From a virus (taxonomy: Duplodnaviria; Caudoviricetes), in the IMG/VR virus record IMGVR_UViG_3300030060_003743, positions 1 through 61,212 of that record: DNA of 61,212 nucleotides; one strand, given 5' to 3'. Below, one piece after another: positions 19,906 through 30,419 of the stretch. Position 1 is the stretch's first letter, and every line of letters begins with the position of its first letter. Under the pieces are notes generated by a model that searched no databases, was not told the DNA's origin, and worked only from the letters and a program-made list of their open reading frames with translations. The position numbers and the translations under genes were made by a program.

Positions 19906-22070
19906 TATCTTCTACCGTCTGGTTGTATGTCTGCTCTAAAAGAACCAAATCTCCAGTTCTCATCAGTTGTGGTGTTTTCTATTCTTAAAGCCACCAATCG
20001 ACCTCTAGTTCTAGTGTCTATTTTTTTAGTTGATGATGTTACTGTAAAAGGACCTAGAAGTGAACTAGCTTTTGTTTCACTTGGAAAATCTTTTATCTTT
20101 AAAGTAACAGTAGCGTTACCGCTTAAAACTTTAAAATCTGGTATAAATCTTTTTACTTTCATCATAAATTCGCCTTGTCCGCCATCTACAAAAGCAAAAT
20201 CACCAGATTCGATAAACGCATCAATGCTGGCAGTAGCGTTACCATTTTGATCTGATTGATTAACACCTTTTTCATGTTGATAAGTGGTTGTTGCACCATT
20301 GGTTGTGCTTACACCTTGAATGGTTGGAAAGGTAGGCGCAGTAGAAGATGCAAACTCTGTCGCTATCGGCTTGTCAAATAAATACTTGTCAGCATAAGTT
20401 GTTCTAGCTAACGAACTGGTAGTCCATACCCCTTCTCTATAGTTGAACGTAACACATCTATCAATTGAATTTGAACCTGCTTTAGGGTAAAACCAATTTA
20501 TTTCCGTGAAAAGAGAATTATAATTACTATAAACTATTTCACCTGAGTCATAGTTAATACCTAAGTCGTCGGTATTAACATTCGTAAACACAAAATCTTC
20601 TACTGAACATGGTAAGCGTTTTACTGTGCCGTCAAACACAAAAAAGCCTCCAGATTCACCCATCCAATACACAGCACCATCTACATACACTAGGGCATGT
20701 TGACCAATTAAACCGCAGTTAGAACCCACCTGTTGAATACTAAAAGTAAAAGGAGGCCCAACGAACTGCATAGTATAAGCAGAGGTATCGGTTAATATTA
20801 AGATATAATCTTTGGCCCTAGTTGCCCCAACAATTCTACTACCGGAGTCTAATCTAAACGTGCCTGCTGTATTTGTTGATACAGGCGTGTAATCAGTTCT
20901 ATCTTCTTGATCACTAAAACGAATAAACATTTTGTCTTGTGTTGTGCCAGTGCCTATTGTGGTCTCTGTGCCTAAGTGTATCAAGTGTCTGTCTCGACCT
21001 GATACTAATGACATAACACTTTTGGTTGGATTATTACTACTGGCAGTTGCTCTTGTGGTTAAACCACTGGTTGGATTCCATTCAAAAGTTTTACCATCGT
21101 GTACTGTAACAATCAGTATTGTGCCAAAATTGTCTAACGCAAAATTAGCAGGTTCTAAAGTTACATCTGTAGTTGCTGATGCGTTACCCCAAGCAACAAA
21201 GTTAGTCGCATCGGTAACGACTGCCTCATCATCGTGTGCTGCACGAGTTGAACCCAAAGCCGCTCTAGTAATGCCTGTTAAATCATTACTAGAAATGCCT
21301 GTGTAAGTGATTAATTCTGAACCGACTAAAATGTGTCCAGATGAACTAAAACCAGATGTTGATGTTAAAGTCACCGCAGTGCCAGAACCTCCAGTACCAG
21401 CTGTATTGTCACCCAACGCACCGTTTAAATCATTCTTAGTTAAAGCTATTGTTTCACCACCCCATTGTGCCACACCCCAACCATAACCTGCGGTTGCTTG
21501 AGCTGGACCAAATTTAACATATGGATTTACATTACACCCTGTTGCACCAGTTACACCAGCCCCAGATTCTACTTTACTCATGGTGACGGTAAATGTGTCA
21601 GTTGCTCGTGTAACCACTTCAAACGTATTATCAGTAAAATCTGTTGCTACAAAACCCGTGCCACTACCTGGAATAGTCATATTACTAAAAGTAAATAGAT
21701 CACCTACAGCCAAACCATGTGCCGTTTTGTTTACCGTTAAAGTAGCTGAATTGTTGGTAGTCGTATAAGTGCAAGAAGTTAATGCGGTATCCAGCGGTGT
21801 TACGTCATAGTAAGCACCTCCATAATAAAGAACCAAAACTTTATTGGTAGCTATTGCTAAATACTTATTACCATCCAAGTCAGTCCAGTTGTGTGTGTCT
21901 CTTGCAGCACCAGCTATAGTATTTGCAGTTAGCTTCTCCCAACCACCGATCTTTTCTGGTTCGCCGTACCTAAATCTTACAAAGTCGCCATCAATCCATG
22001 TGCTTTCCGCAACGGATTCACTCATTTGTTTGTTAAAACCTGGTTTAAATGGCACTTTAATTAATGGCAT
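19905..22070 (-). CDS. Tail nozzle / packaged-DNA stabilisation protein (beta-propeller-like)
   Basis: VRFRYGEPEKIGGW, IRFSDQED, NCGLIG, VYWMG, EINWFYP motifs. Confidence 0.7.
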   Translation of the reverse strand: MPLIKVPFKPGFNKQMSESVAESTWIDGDFVRFRYGEPEKIGGWEKLTANTIAGAARDTHNWTDLDGNKYLAIATNKVLVLYYGGAYYDVTPLDTALTSCTYTTTNNSATLTVNKTAHGLAVGDLFTFSNMTIPGSGTGFVATDFTDNTFEVVTRATDTFTVTMSKVESGAGVTGATGCNVNPYVKFGPAQATAGYGWGVAQWGGETIALTKNDLNGALGDNTAGTGGSGTAVTLTSTSGFSSSGHILVGSELITYTGISSNDLTGITRAALGSTRAAHDDEAVVTDATNFVAWGNASATTDVTLEPANFALDNFGTILIVTVHDGKTFEWNPTSGLTTRATASSNNPTKSVMSLVSGRDRHLIHLGTETTIGTGTTQDKMFIRFSDQEDRTDYTPVSTNTAGTFRLDSGSRIVGATRAKDYILILTDTSAYTMQFVGPPFTFSIQQVGSNCGLIGQHALVYVDGAVYWMGESGGFFVFDGTVKRLPCSVEDFVFTNVNTDDLGINYDSGEIVYSNYNSLFTEINWFYPKAGSNSIDRCVTFNYREGVWTTSSLARTTYADKYLFDKPIATEFASSTAPTFPTIQGVSTTNGATTTYQHEKGVNQSDQNGNATASIDAFIESGDFAFVDGGQGEFMMKVKRFIPDFKVLSGNATVTLKIKDFPSETKASSLLGPFTVTSSTKKIDTRTRGRLVALRIENTTTDENWRFGSFRADIQPDGRR

Positions 22071-22074
22071 AATA

Positions 22075-22665
22075 CTAAGTATATTGCTTACCGTTCATCC
22101 AAGCAACCACTGCGTGTCGTTGCCCTTCATACACTGTTTCGCACCCGTGCAAGGTCCATGAGGGAAATATAATAATATTACCTTTTTCTTGTGGTGGAAA
22201 AAACTTTTCACCAACACCATTAACAAGGTAAAAAAGACCACCTTTAAAATTATCGTTTAACACGGTAAGACAAGTAAGTTTACGCACATAGTCTTGATTT
22301 GTTTTAAACGAATAGTCAACATGTGTTGTGTATTTACCGTTACGCTTATATATTAAGTATTCCGACTGGCTACAGTAACTTAGATCATATTTCCAATTTT
22401 GAAAATTAGCATCTAAAGATGCAGTAACTAAATACGATGTAATTCCAGTATATGTAGGCAGTTGTATTGTTTTAACATCTCTAGTTTTCTTCTTAACTTT
22501 TTCATCATAATTTTTTTGTTTTTTATTTTCTATTTCAACTTTTGCTGGTTCAGCTTTTTTTGAACTCCACTTATTGTAATAATAATCACAAACATCGTGA
22601 GGTATACCTTCATCTTTTTGATAAATCCAACAAGGCACATGTAAATTATCTTCTTTGTCTTTCAT
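22075..22665 (-). CDS. 2OG-Fe(II) oxygenase (P4Hc/PiuC-like)
   Basis: HVD, RKLT, FKGG, IFPS..LH...V..G.R.AVVAW motifs. Confidence 0.88.
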   Translation of the reverse strand: MKDKEDNLHVPCWIYQKDEGIPHDVCDYYYNKWSSKKAEPAKVEIENKKQKNYDEKVKKKTRDVKTIQLPTYTGITSYLVTASLDANFQNWKYDLSYCSQSEYLIYKRNGKYTTHVDYSFKTNQDYVRKLTCLTVLNDNFKGGLFYLVNGVGEKFFPPQEKGNIIIFPSWTLHGCETVYEGQRHAVVAWMNGKQYT

Positions 22666-22673
22666 ATTTTCTC

Positions 22674-23357
22674 CTAAAATGCAGGTACTACAATATCATC
22701 ACTAAGATCTTCTTTAGCAACATTAACAGCTTCCCAATTAAAAAAATGTGTAATGCAGTATCGACCATCACCAAATGTAGCATCTTCAAACATTTTTACT
22801 GCAAAAACTTGATGCTCTAAATAACTTGGAAACATAACCATGCGGTTTGACAAACACTTTATGTTTTGGTTTGATTGTGTAAATTTAAAATTGCCGCCTT
22901 TATATTTTTTTGGTTCTTTGTGTAGCCATATAACAAATGTAAATTGTGTGCCATCGGAGTGTGGTTTATATTCTTGATCTTCATCGTAATAACTTACCAT
23001 AGTTGCATCGGTGTTAGTGCCAGCATAATTATCGTGATGTAAAGGCATAGCCTTTTTAACAAGGTCTTTAAACTCTTGTGACCTTTGTTTATACAAACAA
23101 TTTAAAATATGTGAGAACTGTTTACCTTTCGGTGTGTACAAATCCCAAAGGTAAAATCTAAATGAATTTGATTTTGATACACCTTTTTCATCATGGGCCA
23201 CCACAGTATTCTCTGCTTTTTCTATTGTGGCAACATCACGACTTGTGTAAAAATCTATTTCTTTCCATACATTAATAAGCTCTTCTTCAGTATACCAGTT
23301 GTCTATTTGTAAGTATGGATATAAAGGGTCTTTACCTATTTTAATTTTCCAAGACAT
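22674..23357 (-). CDS. 2OG-Fe(II) oxygenase
   Basis: YKPHSD, YKGGNF, MFPSYLEHQV, GRYCIT motifs. Confidence 0.88.
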   Translation of the reverse strand: MSWKIKIGKDPLYPYLQIDNWYTEEELINVWKEIDFYTSRDVATIEKAENTVVAHDEKGVSKSNSFRFYLWDLYTPKGKQFSHILNCLYKQRSQEFKDLVKKAMPLHHDNYAGTNTDATMVSYYDEDQEYKPHSDGTQFTFVIWLHKEPKKYKGGNFKFTQSNQNIKCLSNRMVMFPSYLEHQVFAVKMFEDATFGDGRYCITHFFNWEAVNVAKEDLSDDIVVPAF

Positions 23358-24097
23358 TCTAATTTTTTTAACAAGTTTATCAAAAACTTAATGTGGTCTA
23401 TTTCATACCATTTAACTGCAATTGTCAAATTGCTAGGATTTGCGTGATGATTATTGTGATATGGGTGCATCAAAATAAAAGGTAAATGAATATTTCGTGA
23501 ATTATCATTAGTTTCAAAGTTTTTATATCCAAACCTATGTCCAAAAACATTAACCCAAGAAGCGGCATGTAATGAATATACTGCGGGTAAAGCAAACAGG
23601 TATAACGCTAGTTTAATATTTACTAATATAAAGAACATAACTACGCTCCAATAAATAACATAGTAGTATTTTTTTACAATTACATGGGATTTATCTTTTA
23701 TTAATTTTTTAATTAATTTTGAGCTAATTACAGAATTTTTTTCTGTACCAATCCAAAACCAAGTTCGCCAACCATTTTCAGCAGGATGCGGGTCTCCGTC
23801 AACGTCAGAATATTTATGATGTGTAGAGTGATTTGCTGCCCATACCATGGGTGGTCCTTGTAAGCCAAAGATAGCACATGCGTTTAAAAACAATTCTAAT
23901 GGTCTAGCGACTGTAAAAGCACCATGTGACAAATATCTATGACAATATCCCTCTATGCCTAACTTTGCAAAAAACACAATACCTAACAAAGTAAACCATA
24001 AATAAGTTAAATCCCATAAATAAAAAAGACCTATTATAGCAAATAGGTGCATGAGACCTTGTGATACTAATAATTTGTGATGATCTGTTAAATTCAT
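23336..24097 (-). CDS. Membrane fatty acid desaturase (delta-9, DesC/Ole1-like)
   Basis: Three His boxes HRYLSH, HSTHH (then YSD..GDPH) and HNNHH; VNVFGH..GY.NF...D.SRN; several TM segments. Confidence 0.9.
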   Translation of the reverse strand: MNLTDHHKLLVSQGLMHLFAIIGLFYLWDLTYLWFTLLGIVFFAKLGIEGYCHRYLSHGAFTVARPLELFLNACAIFGLQGPPMVWAANHSTHHKYSDVDGDPHPAENGWRTWFWIGTEKNSVISSKLIKKLIKDKSHVIVKKYYYVIYWSVVMFFILVNIKLALYLFALPAVYSLHAASWVNVFGHRFGYKNFETNDNSRNIHLPFILMHPYHNNHHANPSNLTIAVKWYEIDHIKFLINLLKKLECLGKLK

Positions 24098-24489
24098 TTA
24101 TAACCTTTAATTAATCTTTGCGATGGTATGATTTTATTATTTACTATGACAGATGTGTTCTGTCTTGTTTTTCCCATAAACATTATAGTGTAAACAGGTT
24201 TTTCAGCGACTATTTTATGAAAATTTTTGTAAGGTAAAAAATTTAACCATCTTTTTTTTGTTTTTTTCCCATTTACTATTTCATCATAAGTGCCCCATAA
24301 CAAAAACGAAATAAAACTTCCTTCATGATTGTGTGGCACTTGTTCAACTGGAAATATTTTAGAAAACAAAATTGTCAAAAAAGGCGTCCAAATACCCCAC
24401 CTTTTTATTGTAAAATTACCAGTTCGAGTTATGACGTGTGTAGCACCTAGCCCAGAGTTTTTATAAATCTTTAAGAAGGACTTTATCAT
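24094..24489 (-). CDS. Cupin-like protein
   Basis: PHNHEGSFISFLLWGTYDE...FHKI pattern. Start taken at MIKSF. Confidence 0.6.
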   Translation of the reverse strand: MIKSFLKIYKNSGLGATHVITRTGNFTIKRWGIWTPFLTILFSKIFPVEQVPHNHEGSFISFLLWGTYDEIVNGKKTKKRWLNFLPYKNFHKIVAEKPVYTIMFMGKTRQNTSVIVNNKIIPSQRLIKGYK

Positions 24490-25279
24490 AACCACCACTA
24501 CCATCGTCTTTTGGCACCATGACATATTCCCCAATGTTAGCTTTATTTACACTTTGAGCTATTCGATTGCCATGATTATCATATTTAGGCAGCACTATCT
24601 CTGTGTCGTCTAAATTAGTAAGTTCATCTGCAAAATCAGCTGTGTATTCAACATACAAATCAGAATTATCACCATACACTTGTGTTCTAATTAAATGTGT
24701 AAATAAACGCACAGATACTAATTCTTTTTTATCATTAAATTGAAATTGGTAACTGTCATCAGCGTGTAATTTTTTACTGGCAGATATTGGCATTGCTATG
24801 CTGCTATTTAAACTATTAGCCCACGCAAACACTTTATCGTTTGCACCTTGCACATACACTGATTGTTTTTTTAAATTGTTAAAATCTTTATCAAACATAT
24901 CGGAAATCCTATACACAGATAAGCCCTCTCCAAGAGGTTGCATAGAATAAGCATTATTATCTTTGTAAAAAACTTCAATAGTTTTTGTGGTGTTATCTAA
25001 ATCATAAATATAACGCATGAAGTCTTTGTCTAACAATAAATTGTTTTGTATTTTTGCAACAGAAGCGTGATTAGAGTCAACTGAACATTGATGAATAGTT
25101 AAAACATTTGCATCACCCATGTCTACACCTATCATGTTTACTTCAAAAGGAAATGTTTCGCCAGAAAATTTATCTGTAATTTGTTTTTTTAATTTAACGA
25201 TTTCCGTGTCATCTGGGTTACCCCAGTACGCTCTGTTGATTACCTTTTTGTTTTCAATATAAGCTCTAAATAAATACAT
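24461..25279 (-). CDS. Hypothetical protein
   Basis: 272-aa ORF coupled to the upstream stop (TAATG). Confidence 0.6.
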   Translation of the reverse strand: MYLFRAYIENKKVINRAYWGNPDDTEIVKLKKQITDKFSGETFPFEVNMIGVDMGDANVLTIHQCSVDSNHASVAKIQNNLLLDKDFMRYIYDLDNTTKTIEVFYKDNNAYSMQPLGEGLSVYRISDMFDKDFNNLKKQSVYVQGANDKVFAWANSLNSSIAMPISASKKLHADDSYQFQFNDKKELVSVRLFTHLIRTQVYGDNSDLYVEYTADFADELTNLDDTEIVLPKYDNHGNRIAQSVNKANIGEYVMVPKDDGSGGYDKVLLKDL

Positions 25280-26178
25280 TACGATACTGCTCCTTGAACG
25301 TTTCCACTACCATCTTCAAATGTTACTTGATTACCAGCTAAATTGATAGCCTTACCTGCTGCTCCACCAGATGCCCCACTGTTGGTTCCGGCTGAACCAG
25401 CTTGTCCAAAGCCACCACCAGATCCCCCAGTACCTGCTGGGCCACCAGATGCCCCGCCACCTTGTCCAGCCGCACTAATGCTTCCCGCTTGTCCTGCTGT
25501 CGCTGCGCCACCACCAGATGCTCCACTAGATCCACCTTGTTGACCTTGGCCTCCGCCTCCGCCACCGCCAGAGAACTGTTGAATTAATTGACCACCTTTA
25601 ACAGGTTGTGTAACTTGAGATCCTTTACCGCCTCCGCCGCCGCCTCCGCCGCCACGGATATTTCCACCATTGTTTTGAATGGTAGTGTTAATTCCTAAAA
25701 CTACAGCAGGCTGTCCCGCTGAACCAGCACCACCCTGTGCGTTTTGACCGCCACCAGCTCCACCAGCTCCACCTCTACCGACAATTTGACTGTTGTTAAT
25801 AATTTTTACAGTGTCTCCAGATGTCCATTGGTTACCTGTGTCAATCGCTGAAGCTCCTGTAGATCCTACAATTGCTTGTACGGTGAGCGTAACATCTGAG
25901 TTACCCGCAGAATAAGTGCCACCTCTATTAGAGAATATGTTGTAACTTTGTGTGGTTGAAGAAATAGTAAGTGCAATTGCCACTCGATTTGTACTGCCAT
26001 AAAACTGAGACACAGCGATCGTGCCACTACTTGGAATACTACCTGCATCACCAGAGGTGCCAGACGGCACATTGTCGCCACCTGCGTAATATTCACTTAA
26101 TGATATTGGATTACTACCTCCAAACTCAGTTTGAATAGCAGAAAACGCTAAGGATGAACCTGCACTAGGTATTGCCAT
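25279..26178 (-). CDS. Glycine-rich tail fibre tip/adhesin-like protein
   Basis: IQTEFGGSNPISLSEYY N-terminal motif; poly-Gly blocks (NGGNIRGGGGGGGGG) reminiscent of T-even gp38; follows an S74 fibre. Confidence 0.7.
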   Translation of the reverse strand: MAIPSAGSSLAFSAIQTEFGGSNPISLSEYYAGGDNVPSGTSGDAGSIPSSGTIAVSQFYGSTNRVAIALTISSTTQSYNIFSNRGGTYSAGNSDVTLTVQAIVGSTGASAIDTGNQWTSGDTVKIINNSQIVGRGGAGGAGGGQNAQGGAGSAGQPAVVLGINTTIQNNGGNIRGGGGGGGGGKGSQVTQPVKGGQLIQQFSGGGGGGGQGQQGGSSGASGGGAATAGQAGSISAAGQGGGASGGPAGTGGSGGGFGQAGSAGTNSGASGGAAGKAINLAGNQVTFEDGSGNVQGAVS

Positions 26179-27397
26179 TTTCTAACTTCTCCACTTTCTT
26201 TTCTAATTCTTTAATCGCTTCTATAAGAACACCGACTAAATTACCGTATGCAACAGACATATACTCGCCTTTATCGTGTACGACCTGTGGCATAACTTTT
26301 TGTATTTCTTGTGCTATGACCCCTGTGCCCTCTCTACCCTCTCTGGTAAAGGTAACACCTCGCATTTCTTTTACTCTGTCTAAAGCGTTTTTAATTGTTT
26401 CAATGTCATCTTTTAATCTTTCATCAGAAAAAGCCGTGACATCATTATTAAAAGTAGCTGCACCTGCAGCACTCATATCTAGTGTTAGAGCGGTAATTGT
26501 TGAACCACCATCGTTGCCTTTAAAAATCATGTCCTTATCACTCACAGCACTTTGAATTACAAAGTCTGATGAGCTATTTTGTAATCGACCTATCTCAGTG
26601 CCTGCGTCTTTAAAAATAATATCTGCACCATCTGCATCTAGTATAACGTCTCCTGGCGAATCTAAAATCATGTCAGAGCCGCTATGTAAAGATTGATCTC
26701 TTGTTTTAAACTGCCAACCAACTGTACTATCTCCTGAATAAACTAATGTAAATGCTGCTCTTTCGTTAGCCACCACTAAATCAGAACTAGCTCCATTTAT
26801 ATTAGAACTGTTACGACCGACAGTTAAATTGTTAGAGTCAAACGTATTTTCAGAATCAAGAAAAGTTACTTCATCTCCCGCAGCTGGTGAGGCAGGTAAG
26901 GTAATAGTTCTTGCTCCACCTGAAGTATCTACTAATATTTGTGCTCCAGCTTGCACGGTTTCATTTGCACTAATTACACGCCAAAATCTTGTTTCTTGAT
27001 CTTTTACTATATCTGTGCCATTGGAGTGGCAGACATAGTGGTTTCCTTCACAAAGTAAAAAACCAGTTTGACTAGTGACTTTAAAAGTTAAAGTATTACC
27101 ATCGTGATTTGTGCCATCAAATATATTAAAAAACTTTTCTATACTAGCAGGCATATTTACTGTTCTATTTGCAGCTAATGTTCCTGTAAATTTAAGAGTC
27201 ATGTTTCTAGCATTAGATACCGCGGCATTAGACATAACTAACGTAACATCAGATGAAGCCACATCTATTTCCTGATAACCTGCGATCGCTTGTTGTATGA
27301 CGTTAAAATTAGTATTGGTTTTATCACCCCATGTGCCTGGATTTTCTCCAGTAGCCATAAGTTCTATTTTTAAATCGCTTGAAAATGTTGATGCCAT
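26165..27397 (-). CDS. Tail fibre with C-terminal S74 intramolecular chaperone
   Basis: TGEN.GTWG..TN.N N-terminus, ITLPASP.AGD, SDERLKDDI...GVIAQE...VAYGNLV.VLIEAIKEL. Confidence 0.85.
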   Translation of the reverse strand: MASTFSSDLKIELMATGENPGTWGDKTNTNFNVIQQAIAGYQEIDVASSDVTLVMSNAAVSNARNMTLKFTGTLAANRTVNMPASIEKFFNIFDGTNHDGNTLTFKVTSQTGFLLCEGNHYVCHSNGTDIVKDQETRFWRVISANETVQAGAQILVDTSGGARTITLPASPAAGDEVTFLDSENTFDSNNLTVGRNSSNINGASSDLVVANERAAFTLVYSGDSTVGWQFKTRDQSLHSGSDMILDSPGDVILDADGADIIFKDAGTEIGRLQNSSSDFVIQSAVSDKDMIFKGNDGGSTITALTLDMSAAGAATFNNDVTAFSDERLKDDIETIKNALDRVKEMRGVTFTREGREGTGVIAQEIQKVMPQVVHDKGEYMSVAYGNLVGVLIEAIKELEKKVEKLENGNT

Positions 27398-27435
27398 AAT
27401 AGTTACTCTCTTTGTTTAATTCATTATATAGTTCT

Positions 27436-27792
27436 CTACGCTACCTTTTCAACCTCATCTACATCAGTCCATGTTTGTGAAGTTCCTGTGCTGACAGCTG
27501 TCCATGTTTGTGCGGTGCCAGTGCTTACTGTTTCCCACGCCACACCATTTGCAATGCCTGCCGTAGCCGTTAATGCAATACCAGTTATATCTACAGGCGT
27601 ATTAAGATCAATAGACAGACTTCCCACCGAAGGCGTCATCGCTGTGCCTGTGACAGAAACGTTGGCGTCTGCCGTAGAAGAAGATGAACCTGCGTTCATA
27701 GATAAGGCTGAACCAGTTACAGCAACAGCTAATACTTGCTCCTGCATAGTTGCAAATGACTGTTCTGCAAATGCTACTGTACCGAAACTCAT
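27436..27792 (-). CDS. Virion structural protein
   Basis: FG..AF....FA N-terminus, Thr/Ser-rich, repeated W..VSTG. Confidence 0.55.
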   Translation of the reverse strand: MSFGTVAFAEQSFATMQEQVLAVAVTGSALSMNAGSSSSTADANVSVTGTAMTPSVGSLSIDLNTPVDITGIALTATAGIANGVAWETVSTGTAQTWTAVSTGTSQTWTDVDEVEKVA

Positions 27793-27794
27793 AG

Positions 27795-29972
27795 TTAACT
27801 CCTGTTTTTCAGTTCGTCTACTTCATTTTTTAAATCTTTTATTGCTTCTATAAGAAGTCCTACTAGATTGCTATAAGCAACTGATTTGATTTTATCTTCT
27901 GAATCATCTTCTCTAACTACCTCTGGAGCTATCTTCTCTACTTCTTGAGCAATAACACCCATTTGCCTTTCGCCGTCAACATCAATTCTATTAAATGTTA
28001 CCCCACGCATTTGACATACTTTGTCTAAAGCATCTGGTATTGTTTCTATATTTTCTTTAAGTCTTACATCTGAAAACGCAGTCACATCGTTATTAAAAGT
28101 TGCTGCTCCAGCCGCTGACATGTCTAGTGTCAATGCTGTAATTTCTGAAGAACCATCATAACCATTAATTTTTAAATCTTTATCAGCAGTATTTACTCTA
28201 ATAAACATATCATTGGACGCATTATAAATTTGACCATACTGAGTTCCGTTATCTAAAAATCTTACATCTCCATCAGTGTCAGCATCTAATTCAATTCTAC
28301 CAGCACTATCAAGTGTTAAATCACCACTCGATAAATCTATTTCTGTGCCGTCTATCGTAATATTATCAATAGAAACTCCAGCGTCTGCCGTTACCGCTCC
28401 GTTAAAAGTTGCCGCTCCAGCAGCTGAACCATCTAGTGTTAAAAATGTGGTATCTGAGCCACCATCGGTACCTTTAAATATTATATCTGAATCATTTGCC
28501 GTAGCGTCAATCGTAATGTTTCCAGAAGATGTTGAAATAGTGACTGCTGCATCCCCCTCTGTAATATTGTCTGCTGCCAATGAGCTAACACTGGCTGCTG
28601 CAAAAGATAGCGTTCCACTGCCGTTTGTTTTTAAAAAGTGTCCATCGCTGCCATCAGCTGTTGGCATATTAAATGCAGTTCCACCAGAGGTCATGATTAT
28701 CTTACTGCCGTCAGAGGCAAAAGATTCATTTGCATCATGAAATTGTAAAGTAGGTGTGCCACCAGAGTCTGTTAATAATAAACCAGTGTCATGCACATGT
28801 GTTAAAGCTATTTCATCATTAGCACCAAAAGATAAAATTGCACCATCGTGTTGTAGTTCTAAATCTTGAGTTAATGTTACATCTCCGTCAGATCCTATTG
28901 CTATAGCGTCTGTATCTGAGGCAGAACCTATTTGTCCGCCATCTGCTATAGTAATACCACCTGAGTGCACGTCTCTCTGGCTAAAAGTCACCACCCCATC
29001 CGAAGCTATCGCTATTGAATCAGTGTCACTGGTATGCCCTATGTTTGTGCCATTAATAATTATATTATCAACAGTTAATGTTGTTAGTGTGCCAAGTGAT
29101 GTAATGTTGGTTTGTGCGGCTGTTGTCAAAGTCACATCTGCAATGTAAGTTTTTATTCTTGATACTTCACATTTCTTTTCTGTACCACCAGCACCATCAT
29201 CAACAATAATTAAATCAGCATCTGCTAATGCAGCACCAATGTCTGATGCACCATCTATATCTAGTGCTCCTATATCTACTTTATTGGCTGTCGAAATAGT
29301 TGCTAATTTTGTATCCGCGATCGCTGCATCTGAAGCTACACTTGCATTGACTACAGCGTTGGCAGCTAATTGATCAGCACCTACCGCATCATCAGCAATT
29401 TTAGCTTGAGTTACATTGTCATCTACAATTGAGGCTGTTACCACAGCACTTGCAGCTAACTGGTCTGCACCTACAGCATCATCGGCTATCATGGCTTGTT
29501 CTACGGCGTCATTAGCGATGGTGAGGGCCCCACCTGAGGCTATTGTTGCGTCACCACTTAATGCGACCTCTTCATAACTAGTGCCATCTGCAACTAATAT
29601 TTTTCCAGATGTTACATCTGGCATAATTAGTTTAGCTGGTAAAGTTAGATTGTTATTGGCATCTAAAACGGTTGCTTTACTTGCAGGTAAACAACAAAAA
29701 ACAAACTTAGTGCCTGCTGAAAAATCTACTGCACTGTCACTGTTTGAACTTGATATTACAGTAGTACGAGCAAGAGTTGAACTATCTGAAGATAAAGTAC
29801 CTAAGCCAACTTCAAATTCAGCATTTAAAACAATACAGTAATAAGTTGTGTTGCTGTTGCCGATACCAGCAGCAAATGTTTCAAAACCTGATACAGCACC
29901 GCCTAACGTTACAGTTCCTGTGCCTGTTGTCGTGGTTGTTTCTTTTACACGGTCATTGATTACTAACGCCAT
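27795..29972 (-). CDS. Tail fibre with C-terminal S74 intramolecular chaperone
   Basis: DRVKETTTTTGTG N-terminus, IADDAV repeats, SDVRLKENI...GVIAQEVE...LLIEAIKDL. Confidence 0.88.
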   Translation of the reverse strand: MALVINDRVKETTTTTGTGTVTLGGAVSGFETFAAGIGNSNTTYYCIVLNAEFEVGLGTLSSDSSTLARTTVISSSNSDSAVDFSAGTKFVFCCLPASKATVLDANNNLTLPAKLIMPDVTSGKILVADGTSYEEVALSGDATIASGGALTIANDAVEQAMIADDAVGADQLAASAVVTASIVDDNVTQAKIADDAVGADQLAANAVVNASVASDAAIADTKLATISTANKVDIGALDIDGASDIGAALADADLIIVDDGAGGTEKKCEVSRIKTYIADVTLTTAAQTNITSLGTLTTLTVDNIIINGTNIGHTSDTDSIAIASDGVVTFSQRDVHSGGITIADGGQIGSASDTDAIAIGSDGDVTLTQDLELQHDGAILSFGANDEIALTHVHDTGLLLTDSGGTPTLQFHDANESFASDGSKIIMTSGGTAFNMPTADGSDGHFLKTNGSGTLSFAAASVSSLAADNITEGDAAVTISTSSGNITIDATANDSDIIFKGTDGGSDTTFLTLDGSAAGAATFNGAVTADAGVSIDNITIDGTEIDLSSGDLTLDSAGRIELDADTDGDVRFLDNGTQYGQIYNASNDMFIRVNTADKDLKINGYDGSSEITALTLDMSAAGAATFNNDVTAFSDVRLKENIETIPDALDKVCQMRGVTFNRIDVDGERQMGVIAQEVEKIAPEVVREDDSEDKIKSVAYSNLVGLLIEAIKDLKNEVDELKNRS

Positions 29973-29981
29973 GTTTCACCT

Positions 29982-30419
29982 CTATGCTATTCGTATAACA
30001 GCAGCTGATGAAGTAAAAGCAGGGAATTGAATAGTAAAAGTTCCAGATGTAGCTGTTTTATCTGAACCAAAATTTAACACACATACTGCTGGATCACCAG
30101 AAGCTGTGTCGTTGTAAATTAAAGCACCCCTTGCTGTTAACGTAACACCTGTAAAAGATAAATCAGCAAAATCAACTAATGCTGTGTCAGATGATAATGA
30201 TGTACCTGCATTTGTCAAAGCACTCCCCCCAGAAGCATACTGACCTGTAGCCGATACCTGATTGTCTGTAGTGAATGATGTGGTTGATTTTCCTAAAGTA
30301 GCACTACTGGTATACAGTGCTAATTTAAAACTATTACCACCACTTGATTTAAAATTGTGTGTGGCCTCTAATAATTCTTTTTTAAATGAATTACATATTG
30401 CATTGGTTGTTATAGCCAT
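29982..30419 (-). CDS. Virion structural protein
   Basis: CNSFK.ELL...HNF, FKLALYT, TARGALIYN, FG.DKT motifs. Confidence 0.65.
   Translation of the reverse strand: MAITTNAICNSFKKELLEATHNFKSSGGNSFKLALYTSSATLGKSTTSFTTDNQVSATGQYASGGSALTNAGTSLSSDTALVDFADLSFTGVTLTARGALIYNDTASGDPAVCVLNFGSDKTATSGTFTIQFPAFTSSAAVIRIA

Noticed and set aside
25279-29972. Diversity-generating retroelement or invertible fibre cassette
   Set aside because: No reverse transcriptase or invertase. The shared fibre segments are co-oriented and differ at synonymous sites rather than only at adenines.
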